This document shows, one piece after another, positions 14,585 through 26,570 of a DNA stretch of 64,000 bases. Made by a program: the position numbers and the translations under genes. The notes under the pieces were generated by a model. The model was not told the DNA's origin and did not search any database. It worked only from the letters and a program-made list of their open reading frames with translations. Position 1 is the first letter of the stretch. Every line of letters begins with the position of its first letter. Origin of the DNA: Macrostomum lignano (lineage: Eukaryota); contig NIVC01000036.1 of the NCBI GenBank assembly GCA_002269645.1, forward strand, positions 248,001 to 312,000, given 5' to 3'.

Positions 14585-14770
14585 AGTAGCGGTGTCCAGA
14601 TGAAGGATCAGAGAGAGGGTAGCGGTGTCCAGATGAAGGATCAGAGAGAGGGTAGCGGTGTCCAGATGAAGGATCAGAGAGAGGGTAGCGGTGTCCAGAT
14701 GAAGGATCAGAGAGAGGGTAGCGGTGTCCAGATGAAGGATCAGAGAGAGGGTAGCGGTGTCCAGATGAAG
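14585..14770 (+). repeat. 33-bp minisatellite (GTAGCGGTGTCCAGATGAAGGATCAGAGAGAGG) x~5.5
   Basis: Direct tandem repeat. Confidence 0.93.
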
Positions 14771-15191
14771 TCCAAATGAGAAAATGCTATTGTGAAGTTT
14801 CAAAGGACCGGAGGGTCGAAAATAGAAGGCCAAACCCTGGCATAAATAAAAAACACAATGAAACAATTCTGCAATTCATGTCATGCTCATTTTGGCAAAA
14901 GTGTACCCATTGCAAGCATATGGCTGTTCTATGTTTTTGAACAGTGGATATAAAAGTATTAAGCTGGGTAGCTGGCGGAAAAACGAAAGTAACCTGTGCT
15001 CTTTTAACATTTTACAGAATGCCGAAAATGCTAGAATGCTTTGTTTCGGAGCTGATATAGGCCTTCAAATTTTATTTCTATAGCTAATTATGAATGTTAG
15101 GTCAGGTCCTACATCTGTTAATAGTGAGTCCTCAAATCACAATCTTAAAAAGTTGTAAACATATTCTATTGATTATTGAATTCTGTTCTTG

Positions 15192-18100
15192 TCACTGTTG
15201 ATCGGATGAAACTGTTGAACTTGCATTTGACTGAAGTAGAGGTGCCTCAGTAACAACCGTGATCGGATCTGCGCACACTCGCTTGCCCTGTTTGGCAGCC
15301 TGCCAGCGGATTACACACGGCAGAGGGTACAGTATAGCTCCGCTGAGTAGCATGCAGGCGCCGCTAACCATGTAGGACGCGTTAAATGAGTGCGTTCTGT
15401 CGAATATGGCGCCTGGGTTGTTTGGGCAAAGCTTTGTTTTGCATTTCAGATGTTAAAACAATTATATAATGCTATTCAACTCTAAAAAATTTAGTGTTGT
15501 AATGTAATGCACATTCTCTGAAATTATCGATCACTATCTTAATTATTTTTTTCTACCCCTCCATCCTTGAGAGGTTGAGGGGCAATATATTCTGGGTGAG
15601 GGGTGAGGGGCACTATATTCTGGGTGAGGGGTGAGGGGCACTTTATTCTGGGTGAGGGGTGAGGGGCACTATATTCTGGGTGAGGGGTGAGGGGTTGAGG
15701 GGCACTATATTCTGGGTGAGGGGTTGAGGGGCACTATATTCTGGGTGGAGGGGTGGGAGGCACTATATTCTGGGTGAGGGGTGGGAGGCACTATATTCTG
15801 GGTGAGGGGTGAGGGGCACTATATTCTGGGTGAGGGGTTGAGGGGCACTATATTCTGGGTGGAGGGGTGGGAGGCACTATATTCTGGGTGAGGGGTGAGG
15901 GCTGAAGGGCAGTATATTCTGGGTGTTGAATGAGGGGATGAGGGGCACAGGATGTACAGTATATTCTGGGTGAGGCCGTGAGGTGAGGTCTCGGGACGCT
16001 GTCATTGGACAAGAGGATTCACGAGATTTACGTTCAATATAGAATATTCAAAAATCGGAATTCTAGAAGGGAAATCCGCTGGCTTTCTATTTTTAGACTG
16101 ATGGCTTACCGAGTCCGTGAGACAGAAGTACTACCGTGGACCTACCACCCAATCTTCTAGACCAGTTGTTTTTCGTCAGTGGAATACTTATCTAATCTAC
16201 AAGCTTATCCATACACGGTGCATGTACAGTTTGAATGTACATGTACGAGCTACATAGCCTAAAATTATCGATTACGGCGCTCGCTTCTGCCTTAACCCAC
16301 CATTAAGTTGGTTTGCATTTGCACACAAACAATTTAGCTTTCTAAAAATATCGTATGCACACTTGTACCGAATTCTTACCAGCCATCGGAGGCCCGGACA
16401 CAACCCCAATCGCTTGGAACAGGAGTGTGAGCCCAAAGGAGTCACTGAGCCTCTCCGGACCGAGTAAGTGCGCCAGAACGGCTGGCGTTAGCGTTACATA
16501 GGCGCCTGTAAAATGTGAATGTGATTCATCTGTGATTGAATCATGATAATGATTGGACAGATGCTGCCCACAGATACTAGTAGTAGAATAACTTGATGGG
16601 CCACTCAGTACATTTGCGTATAAGCTACTTTCAGTTCAGTAGTAAGTTAAAAAACAGAAGCATTTTAATATAATTTTAAAGCCAATGCTCATTTATGGCT
16701 CTTAACTCGAGCTTAAACCTTCCGTCCGGCCTTCAGCCGCGCCTTTCCACATTACCCCCCCCCCAGTCCGCCCCAATTTTTATATGTACATTTCAGTGAA
16801 CTGGGCAGTGTACATTACTGCTAAAACAATTAGCAATTGCCAGCTGTTTACAATTAGCAAGCTTTGAGTTTCTAAGCTTATCAAAGTCATTTCAGCTGCC
16901 TTTATTTTTATAAAATAGCTTATGTATTCTTCTTTGCTACTGATCTGATAGTAGAAAGCTGTTTTACTATTTTAGTATCTTTGTTTGATGCTGCCAAATA
17001 AAAGTGCATTGAGTCCTTATCAATACTAAGGCTTTCTCTTACCAACAAAAACGCCAAAAACGGCGCAATAAACGGCCATGAAGGCGTAAACTTCGGAGAT
17101 GAAGCTGAAAAACAGCGCCGCCCCAGCGACGGCCAGCGCCGTTGCGTAGAGCGCCGGCTTGTTCACCCCGGGTCTGTCGGACAGCAGCCCGAAAGCCAAC
17201 CTGCCAATCATATTGGCCACTCCGATCACGGACAGAAGCAGGGCAGACTGCGTGGCCGAGTACCCGGCCTGCATCGCTCGGTCCGGCGTGTAAAGAAACG
17301 GCGCATCGAAGCCGACGCTAAACAGCAGGTTGGATCCCAGAAACAGCAGGAAGGCCGGGTCGCCGAGCAGGTCGGCCGGAAACAGTTGCTGGACTCGACG
17401 GTGGATAACCGCCAGCGGGGAGGTCGGGCTGCTGCCGCTAGAGGACGACGGGTCGGGCTTGGTCGTGGCCAGGTTGAGAGATGAAGCGGCTACAAAGGCC
17501 GACCTACTGACTAACAGGGGGAGCGGTCTCTGCTGACCTACCGTTCCCAGTTGGTCTACGCTGGCTACTCGTTGATTGATTTTTATCACCCTATTGGTGC
17601 TCAGGTGCGGCAGCGAGCGGAACTCGAATCCACTTGATTTGGAGTTTAGTGCACTACTAGGCTCACACTGATTGCATTCAATGTCCAACACGTTAGCCGA
17701 TGACTTTGGCACTGGAAGAGGTCTCAGTAGGCAGGCGAACACGGCACAGTTGAGCACTATTCCAGCCAGGATGAGCATAGCGCCTCGCCAGGTGTACTCA
17801 ATGATTAAATAGTTTATTAGAGGACCGAAAATGAAAATACCTGCATGGTCAGGGGTGTTAGGGTTGGGATTTTATGGTTGGGAATCTATAGGTGCCTTGT
17901 AAGGCTGGTCCAGGGTGTTCTCAAGGAATACCGGTTGAGGAATCGGGGTTTTCTCAAGGAATACCGGTTGAGGAATCGGGGTTTTCTCAAGGTATACTGC
18001 CTGGGGAATCGGGGTGTTCTCAAGGTATACCGGTTGAGGAATTGGGGGTGTTCTCAAGGTATACCGGTTGAGGAATTGGGGGTGTTCTCAAGGTATATCG

Positions 18101-19619
18101 GTTAAGGAATTGGGGGTGTTCTCAAGGTATACCGGTTGAGGAATTGAGGTGTTCTTACACCTATACCGGTATTACACTTATACCGGTTAAGGAATTGAGG
18201 TGTTATCAGGGTATACCGGTTCAGGAATCGGGGGTGTCCTCAAGGTGTCTGTGTAGGATTCGGGTTAAAGTACAAGTTACCTGTGCGGGTATCCACTGTC
18301 CATCGAATGGTGTTCAAACGTTTACTCACCCAGTCCAGAGCCGCAGGCAGCTATGCCAATAGCGGTTGAGCGTCGCTTGTCAAAATAAACGCCTACGCAC
18401 ACAATGGCAGGCAGGTACATCAGGCTAATTCCGAAACCTGTTTGTTTAGATAATAAAAGACGACGTCGTAACAATAAAAATTATAATTCCAGCATCCTAC
18501 TGACACCAGTGACAAAACTTCTTTTCAAATCACTTTTCAAATCCGGCTCCTGATGGATTCTGTCAGTAGCGCCGATGTCTTCTTTATACACTGTACATGT
18601 ACGGTGGGACATGGTATATCCAAGGTTGCTACTTTGGGATAATTTCAAATCTCCGAAATTCTATCTTTCTGACAGCACCTCTTTTATATCTCCGACATTT
18701 CATATCTCCGACACTTCATATCTCCGACACTTCATATCTCCGACACTTCATATCTCCGACACTTCATATCTCCGACACTTCATATCTCCGACACTTCATA
18801 TCTCCGACACTTAATATCTCCGACACTTAATATCTCCGACACTTAATATCTCCGACACTTAATATCTCCGACACTTCATACGAGTCCGTTAATGTTAGGC
18901 TTAAGGAAAGGGTAAGGCTGGCGATATGAAGTGTCGGAGATATTAAGTGTCAAAGATATGAAATGTCGGAGATATTAAGTGTCAAAGATATGAAATGTCG
19001 GAGAAATGAAATGTCGGAGATATGAAATGTCGGAGATATGAAATGTCGGAGATATGGAGTGTCGTAGATATGAAGTGTCGGAGATATGAAGTATCGGAGA
19101 TATGAAGTGTCGGAGATATGAAATTTCGTAAAATTGAAACCACCTGGTACGAGCATTTTTAGAAATCTATTGACTACCGAACGTACATGTACTGTAACAA
19201 TAAGTACGTCCGAATAATACCATTATTCTTGTAAATTATCTTTTACCAAGAATGTAATTATTACCAGCCAACAAGCTGATGGTGACAATGAACATTTGCG
19301 GCTGCTGCACAAAGTAGGACAAGGCGAAGCCAAGGCTGGCCAAGACAGCTCCAACGATGGTCACCAGCCTGTCACCAAATCTTCTGCAGGCCAAGCTGAC
19401 AACGGGCCCAGCGCCAAGTAGCACGCTGACTAGCACTGACGTAATCCAGCCGTTGAGTTGTCGACTCGAGCCGAGACTCTCAGCGAACTCAGCCGCCAGC
19501 ACGCCGAACGCGTAGGTTAAACCGTCCATAACAACGTGGATGAAGAAGCTGGCGGCGACGACCACCCAGCCCCAGTCTCCGTCCGGAGCTGCGGCTGTGG
19601 CAGCAGCAGGGCTTGACAT
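15192..19619 (-). CDS. Monocarboxylate transporter, SLC16/MCT family (MFS), 535 aa. Exons 19265-19619, 18330-18437, 17043-17840, 16380-16505, 15192-15412
   Basis: Signature motifs APDGDWGWVVVAASF (TM1), YFDKRRSTAIGIAACGSGLG, YTWRGAMLILAGIVLNC, GRLAFGLLSD, LLGPERLSDSFGL. All four introns are GT-AG in phase 1 and the total CDS of 1608 nt is in frame. Paralog not assignable by eye. Confidence 0.95.
15580..15975 (+). repeat. ~28-bp G-rich minisatellite (GAGGGGCACTATATTCTGGGTGAGGGGT)n in MCT intron 4
   Basis: Direct tandem repeat. Confidence 0.9.
17900..18260 (+). repeat. ~33-bp minisatellite (GGGGTTTTCTCAAGGAATACCGGTTGAGGAATC)n in MCT intron 2
   Basis: Direct tandem repeat. Confidence 0.9.
18620..19147. 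mobile_element. Foldback/MITE-like element: two oppositely oriented arrays of a 16-bp unit (ATATCTCCGACACTTC) around a ~50-bp spacer, in MCT intron 1
   Basis: Forward array ~18690-18876 and reverse-complement array ~18925-19125. The outer ends are also loosely inverted (CCAAGGTTG...AATTTCAAATCTCCGA vs CCAGGTGG...AATTTCATATCTCCGA). TSD not resolved. Confidence 0.65.
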
Positions 19620-19869
19620 GGCGCAGTCTGAATTGTTCTATAAGAGGGTTTCTCTTGCACTTCGATACTCTTACAGCTTGCGAATTCTAGTTTTTTTTAC
19701 GATGGCAGCGCGTTTAAACTGGTGAAACTCTCTCCTTTCCTGCGCCTCTGTCGCGCCATTGTTCTCCAGTGAGTTATTTATATATATATGAGCTATGACA
19801 TCGCTTTCCTGTGCTATGCGTCACTGAGGCAGAGGCTGAGTTGGAATGACTCGTGTCTGCTTAGCATTA

Positions 19870-20151
<282 letters not shown>

Positions 20152-20689
20152 GAAACTGAAAAAAACTCACGAGTGCTTTTTAATAAGTTACGAGCAAGGC
20201 TCAAAGATAAATAGAAAGAATTGAACTCAGCTTTCGCCAAACAGAAATAAAAAATGAAAATGACAAAGTTATTAAAAATACAGCGTAGGGTACAATTAAA
20301 AGAAGATTCTCTCGGCACTCAGAAATTTACCATGCAATTAATGTCTTGCTACAGCGTAAGTGCAATAAAAGCAAGAGCAAGTTAATTGCTTGAGATGAAG
20401 CAATTAAAGTTCGTCACAGCTCGACTATCACAGTGTTTGGTCCTACTGTTGATACTACTTCATCCACCGGTAGTAGTATGCTCGGAAAGTTCTTCAGTGG
20501 TTTGGAGTTCTTATTTGAAGAAGACAAAACAAATACGCTAGCACCCCAGCCGACACCCCAATCAATCGAAACTAATGTTGACGATCCAGCGACCAGACAT
20601 CAGATTTTGACACCTTCTGACACCTTTGCTGACTGTCCTGACCAATTTCCGACTCTCCTGACACCTGTTCTCTACCTCCTGAAACATAT

Positions 20690-21390
20690 TATGACACTTC
20701 GGACACCTGTTCTCTCTCAAGAATTACCTGTGCTCTCTCCAGACTTACCTGTGCTCTCTCCAGACTTACCTGTGCTCTCTCCAGACTTACCTGTGCTCTC
20801 TCCAGACTTACCTGTGCTCTCTCCAGACTTACCTGTGCTCTCTCCAGACTTACCTGTGCTCTCTCCAGACTTACTTGTACTCTCTCCAGACTTACCTGTG
20901 CTCTCTCCAGACTTACCTGTGCTCTCTCCAGACTTACTTGTACTCTCTCCAGACTTACCTGTGCTCTCTCCAGACTTACCTGTGCTCTCTCCAGACTTAC
21001 TTGTACTCTCTCCAGACTTACTTGTACTCTCTCCAGACTTACCTGTGCTCTCTCCAGACTTACCTGTGCTCTCTCCAGACTTACCTGTGCTCTCTCCAGA
21101 CTTACTTGTACTCTCTCCAGACTTACTTGTACTCTCTCCAAACTTACCTGTGCTCTCTTCAGACTTACCTGTGCTCTCTCCAGACTTACCTGTGCTCTCT
21201 CCAGACTTACCTGTGCTCTCTCCAGACTTACCTGTGCTCTCTCCAGACACCTGTGCTTTTTCCAGACACCTGTGCTTTTTCCAGACACCTGTGCTCTCTC
21301 CAGAATTACCTGTGCTCTCTCTAGACCTGTGCCTGTGTTCTCTCCAGACACACCCGTGCTCACTCCAGACACACCTGTGCTCACTCTCTT
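20690..21390 (+). repeat. 21-bp minisatellite (CCAGACTTACCTGTGCTCTCT)n
   Basis: Direct tandem repeat, ~24 core units with degenerate flanks. Confidence 0.96.
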
Positions 21391-21610
21391 GACCACCCTC
21401 TTTTAACCCACTTAATGCACAGGCATTTAATTCGGTGCTTTATAAAAAAATTGTAGTATTTTCTGACTTCATCAGCCAGTCCATGGACAGCTGCCATGGC
21501 AAGAAAATTGGCATCTGAAATTCGATTGGTCTATATATCAGACGCTGCTATATATAAGCTGCAGCTGGTCTGAGAGCTGGCAGCGCAGCGGACACCTGCA
21601 GCCAGTCACA

Positions 21611-22704
21611 ATGGACCCAGCCGTCACAGCCGCCAGCAGCAGTCGCGCCAACAACGCGTCGCCAACCCTGCACCTGGCCAGCAGCCTGGATCCAGCCCTG
21701 ACCCGGTCACTGGTCAAGATGCTCCGACCGTCGCTGCTGAATCGTCAGCGTCAGTTGTTGAATCGACAACACCAGCCGCCGAGTACCGCAGTCGCCGCAG
21801 CCGGAGGCAGCGGAGCCCGACGCCCGAAATGCGCTCGCTGCAGAAACCACGGCGCGGTCAGCTGGCTGAAGGGCCACAAGAGGCACTGCCCGTACCGCGA
21901 CTGCGCCTGCGCCAAGTGCGGCTTGATCGCCGAGAGACAGCGAGTCATGGCGGCTCAGGTGGCGTTGAAACGGCAGCAGAGTGCCGAGGACGCGGTGGCA
22001 GCTGGGCTTCGATGCCTGCAGGCGGCCGCGGCTGCTGACGCTGGTGAAGATGGCAACCAGGATGTCGATTTGGCTGCTGGAGGAGACAACGGTGGTGAGT
22101 TACAATTGAGCTGGTCTTGAAGCACCGACTCAGATAATCCTCACAGCTTCGATTTAGATAATCCTTACAGCACAGATTTAAATAATCACCACTCAATTCA
22201 CCCAATGCCTGAGCAGATGATGGGGCCAAGAGCAATGCTGCAGATTTGAGGTCCTATGAAGCATCTCAGCAGGGCACTGGACTTGAATCTCCAGCCGAGT
22301 CAATTACCCTGCTAATGCGACTATTTCCCAGTCTAGATCGGCCCACCTTGAGTCAGGTGCTTGCCAGTTGCAACAATGATTTAATGACCTCCATTGAGCA
22401 ACTGCTGCCAGCGGCAAGCGCCGTCGGTGCGTCCCACGTCGCGCCAGCGACGCCGCTGATTGCTGCCCGGTCAGCGCCACCACCGCAGGCGGCTTCAATT
22501 TTCTTTCTTCAACAAGCCATGGCCACCGCGGCTGCCTCGGTGGCAACTCTGCCGCAGGCGTGGTTGGATCCCAGATCCCTCTGCTGGACTCAGGCCGCAC
22601 CTCTGCCGCACCACCTACAGGCGCAGCACCAGCTGCAGTCGCAGAGCAATGCGCCATTGAATTATTCAAATTTTGCGCCGCAGAACGATAAGGGCAATAT
22701 TTGA
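21611..22704 (+). CDS. Dmrt93B: Doublesex/mab-3-related transcription factor (DM + DMA domains), Dmrt93B/DMRTA type. Exons 21611-22094 and 22217 (or 22244)-22704
   Basis: DM domain [54 protein letters not shown] followed by [11 protein letters not shown] (the SWLKGH, ALKRQQ and AEDA..LGLR features match Dmrt93B as I recall them). DMA domain [35 protein letters not shown]. Donor GTGAGT at 22095, phase 1. Confidence 0.9.
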
Positions 22705-22781
22705 CTGCTTTGGATAATACGAGGTTAATCAGTTTGTCTACCTGTGGTAAAAGAATTGCTATAAAAACGATGTGAACTTAA

Positions 22782-23048
22782 GAGTCAAAATTGATCCCGA
22801 AATATTCGGTCCCGGTTTCTCTACGCCAATCCTTTCATTTGGCGCTTCAAATACTCGTACTTAAATGACGAGATGACCATGATAAACGCTCTAAGGTTCC
22901 CGATCACTTGAAATCCCCATTTATCCCATTTCTTAGATTCCCAAATGCTAAAGTGATCCTTTTTAGACATAACGAGAGCCATTTGGCTCCAAATGAAGGG
23001 ACTGGCGTAAAGAAATCGGGACCCAATTTTTCGGCTCCATTTTGACTC
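22782..23048. mobile_element. 267-bp MITE with ~70-bp TIRs and TTAA target duplication (Kolobok-like)
   Basis: TTAA|GAGTCAAAATTGATCCCGAAATATTCGGTCCCGG... matches the reverse complement of ...CCATTTTGACTC|TTAA. TTAA TSD with purine termini fits Kolobok better than piggyBac, which begins CCC. Confidence 0.75.
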
Positions 23049-24999
23049 TTAAGTTTACATCCTCATTTATTGTAATGATAAATATCGGGGCTAATAATTG
23101 AATCGATTGACAAATAATATTCAAAATTCTTGTGTCACTAGTTGCATAACTAATTCTTGTTTTACTTTTGCACAACTGTAATCCATAGAATCCATGGTAA
23201 ATCCGTGGAAATTCCATGGTAAATCCGTGGAAACTCCATGGTAAATCCGTCGGAAATCTCAGCTCTAACGAGCGGATCCATCTGTACACATTGATTTGTT
23301 TCGCATGTGCTTAACTTTTAGATTAGATTTTTCGTTTAGATGATAATCTGTTTGTAGTACCTTCGTTGCAATCAGTAGTATATATCTTTTTCAGTCTTTT
23401 CAGATATCCTTTCACTATTTCAATCATGGCAATTCTTAGAAGTTTTCTGTCGACTTACATGTATCAATTTACTCGTAAATTAATTTTTTGTTTATTTGTT
23501 AATTCTTCAATTTCGAAGGAGTACACGATTCAACTCAATTTATTTCTCAACGCTTTGTTTTAAACTTTTTGAAACCTATACGGCTATACACTCATCAAAA
23601 GCACATAATTATTGCTAGACTTGATTTGGAAATACACAACAATAGGGGTATTTCAGTGCCTTCATACTCGCAAAACCATGACTAAATTCTTTTGCGGACA
23701 TCTGCAGCAAAAGCAGGATGCAACTTTTTTGTAAAAAGAGTGAGCTGTTTAACAAAATTGGAAAATATTGACTCGAAGCTGCATGCGAGCGGAGGGTCCT
23801 ATTTCCAGGAAAACTCAATTCAAACAAACTTTTTAAACAAAGGTTTTTTAGCAAATATTTGACACAATTTCTTTGTTAAAAAATTGGCCCAACTAAAAGA
23901 GTGAGACATGGCAGTGAGGTTAAAGTCTCGCTTCTTTACCGTGTGTCGAGAAGAGAAACTAGCTAATAAAGGTGTGAAAAAAACTAGCAGAGAAGGACGG
24001 TAACATTACGGTAGATTGGGGTTGTTAAACAAAGAAAAACTGGAGAGACTTTTAAACATGCGGCGAAAACTTTTCACTGAAGACAAAGTTGCAAGCTGTT
24101 GCCGGGATACACAGGAGAGCCAGGAGTGAATTAAAATAGACATACATGTAAGGTAACAATAATATCAGGTAAAATGTTTTAATGAGTTGATTAAAGTGGT
24201 AAGAGGTCACACGCCCATTTCTCTGATGAGTGATGACCCCCTGGGCACGCACGCGATCATGCAGACACAGACTGCAGTGTAAACTTCCTGAATATGAGAA
24301 AGTCAGAGGCTGCCGTACACCCTGCAGTGTGATCGTGAGACGTGAAACGGGCTTGCCTATAGACAACTCTGAAAATATGACGCCAAGAGCACGACACGAA
24401 TTACCATTTCGCTCTGCGCAACGAATCAATTACTCGGTATTGGACCCAAACAGTCCCTGAATAAAATCGAAATTAAAAAGACCAAAACTAAGACAGACGA
24501 GGCAGCAAAAACCGAAGCCACGAAAAGCTTAATCTAGATCCACGCAACGGCAACAACAGCGTGTCTGCATCTGCAAGCCAGCAGGCCCAATTCTTCGATG
24601 TGTCACCGCTATGTGCAGCAAGTCCGCGGCACTACAGCTTGTGATAAATTATGAAAATCATAGATAAATTTCATTCACCCGAAAAACTAACACATACGCC
24701 CCATGAGGCGCGTGAAGCGCGAAGCGACACCGCAGATGGCCAGTCAAAGGCAAAACTGTCAATCAAAATTGCTAACCACCAGCCAGAACTCCATAACTCG
24801 CATTCATGCGGTTTCAGTTTTCTTTTATTCACACAAATTCGAGTGGACACGAGTTTTCTCGCCAAAGTTTTTTATCCAAATCGACAGGGGAGATGACAAA
24901 CCACCATCGGCAGGAGCCCGAGATAGCAACACCTGCTTGGGCGAGATCCGAGAAAAAAATGTCTTCAAAAACTGCTCCACGCATTGAAAGACAAAGAAG

Positions 25000-25255
25000 G
25001 ACTAAGTGGTCAGAGCGTCGGACTCACGACTTGAAGGTCGGGGGTTCGATTCCCGGTCCCACTGGAACAATCTGTGTCCTTGAGCAAGACTCTTGACTCC
25101 GCATTGCTTCAGTTCACCCAGCTGTAAAATGGGTGCCGGCATTAGCTGGGGTAAAATTGAGGGTGTGTGTGGCGACCCCCCAGTCCTTGGACTGAACAGC
25201 CGTACGCAGCAATAGCTGAGCTGTCGGTTGCACATCTGGCCCTATTGGAATTGGA
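25000..25255 (+). mobile_element. tRNA-derived CORE-type SINE
   Basis: A-box-like TGGTCAGAGCG and B box GGTTCGATTCC, then a CORE-like segment GTGTCCTTGAGCAAG...CAGCTGTAAAATGGGT. A second copy lies at 33740-33990. Confidence 0.85.
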
Positions 25256-25742
25256 ATGTTTAACTACTTTAATAGTAGGGGCATACATGCTGTTCATAAC
25301 TCTTATCCCAATTAATTGGTCGGTGAAAAAATAATTCAATTCGGACAGCAAAAACCAAAACATTTTATGATTGTTAGCAAACTAACTGTTCGAAAATTAA
25401 CTATGAACGAATATTTGAATATATTTATTTTGTTAACACACACGAAGCTACAATGTCGAAAACAATGAAAAAACTGTTGTGTATGCAGCTAGATTAAATT
25501 AAAGATGCTATAAAATCTATAATTACAATAACAAGACGAAAGTAGTAAACCAATACTTAATAAAGATCTGGGCGAATAAAAAGATTCTTTACCTAAATTA
25601 TCTCAGATATTAAATTGTTGTTCAGAAAAAAACATCTACTCAGCAAGCGTTCGAAATAGCCTACTTACAATAAGTAGGAAGTAGTGAAAAAATTGAAATA
25701 AAAAAGGTGGCGCTACATTAATTTGAGTGATTTTTGTTTTAA

Positions 25743-26135
25743 TCAGTGCTTCTTGTTTTCGTCACCTCTAGCAGCCTGATCCAGCTGATTCATGCTAGCC
25801 CGGTGCTTCTTAATCGCTTCCAGGTGATGCGCGATCTCTTTCTCGTGATGCTCAACTTCCTGTTTAAGGCTATGCTGCATCTCGGCCAGCTGTTCGCGTT
25901 CCAATCTGCGAAAATATTCCTCCTCCTTGGCGGCCTGGGCCTTGCCCATCGACCCGCCGGCGTCGCGAATAGAGCCGCCAGAGCCGCCGCCTTTGCCGGC
26001 GCCGCGGCCCAATTCGTTACCGGACATCTGTCTGCAGATTATTGGTACTGCTAGGCAAGTATTGTTGCTATTGCTGCCACCTAAAAGAAGACGCTGATTG
26101 CGAAATAGGTGTCGGCCAATGGTCAGGTAAGACAT
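25743..26135 (-). CDS. ATP5IF1: Mitochondrial F1Fo-ATPase inhibitor IF1, intronless, 130 aa
   Basis: Basic/hydroxylated presequence, then GAGKGGGSGGSIRDAGGSMGKAQAAKEEEYFRRLEREQL...EVEHHEKEIAHHLEAIKKH, the typical IF1 family motif. ATG at 26135 preferred over 26234 because a strong acceptor (TTTTTTGTCAG, 26172) lies between them. Confidence 0.95.
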   Translation of the reverse strand: MSYLTIGRHLFRNQRLLLGGSNSNNTCLAVPIICRQMSGNELGRGAGKGGGSGGSIRDAGGSMGKAQAAKEEEYFRRLEREQLAEMQHSLKQEVEHHEKEIAHHLEAIKKHRASMNQLDQAARGDENKKH

Positions 26136-26284
26136 TTTCGTCAGGTAGGACAGTTTGTGTTGACTGTTTTTCTGACAAAAAACATGGGGTGATAAGATGT
26201 GAGGTTTGTAAATTAACCTAAATTTGATAGCCATAGTTTAACGCTATTAAACAGATCACAAGCACTAACTTTTGTTTTATCTAG

Positions 26285-26570
26285 GTGGCAGGCTATTCTA
26301 GAAATCGGGTGAGGGGTGGGTGGCGGGCTATTCTAGAAATTGGGTGAGGGGTGGGTGGCGGGCTATTCTAGAAATCGGGTGAGGGGTGGGTGGCGGGCTA
26401 TTCTAGAAATCGGGGTAAGGGGTGGGTGGCGGGCTATTCTAGAAATCGGTCGAGGGGTGGCGGGGTGGGTGGCGGGCTATTCTAGAAATCGGGGTGAGAG
26501 GTGGGTGGCAGGCTATTCTAGAAATCGGGGTGAGGGGTGGGTGGCAGGCTATTCTAGAAATCGGGGGTGT
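26285..26570 (+). repeat. ~35-bp minisatellite (GGGTGGCGGGCTATTCTAGAAATCGGGTGAGGGGT)n
   Basis: Direct tandem repeat. Confidence 0.9.

Noticed and set aside
20433-21392. 319-aa plus-strand ORF with a unique N-terminal part (MLGKFFSGLEFLFEED...)
   Set aside because: About 75% is the 21-bp repeat. The unique ~85 codons have no recognisable motif or clear donor. It cannot be excluded as a small exon but is unsupported.
24229-24291. Possible C/D-box snoRNA (GTGATGA ... CTGA)
   Set aside because: No terminal stem or recognisable rRNA antisense element, and the location is intergenic; such motifs arise by chance
25003-25075. tRNA-like sequence (Val-CAC-like loop)
   Set aside because: The acceptor stem is missing, the anticodon stem is weak, and the sequence continues into a CORE domain with a second dispersed copy, so it is a SINE head rather than a tRNA gene
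26136-26234. 33-codon N-terminal extension of IF1 from the ATG at 26234
   Set aside because: It is AT-rich, crosses a strong splice acceptor, and would bury the mitochondrial presequence
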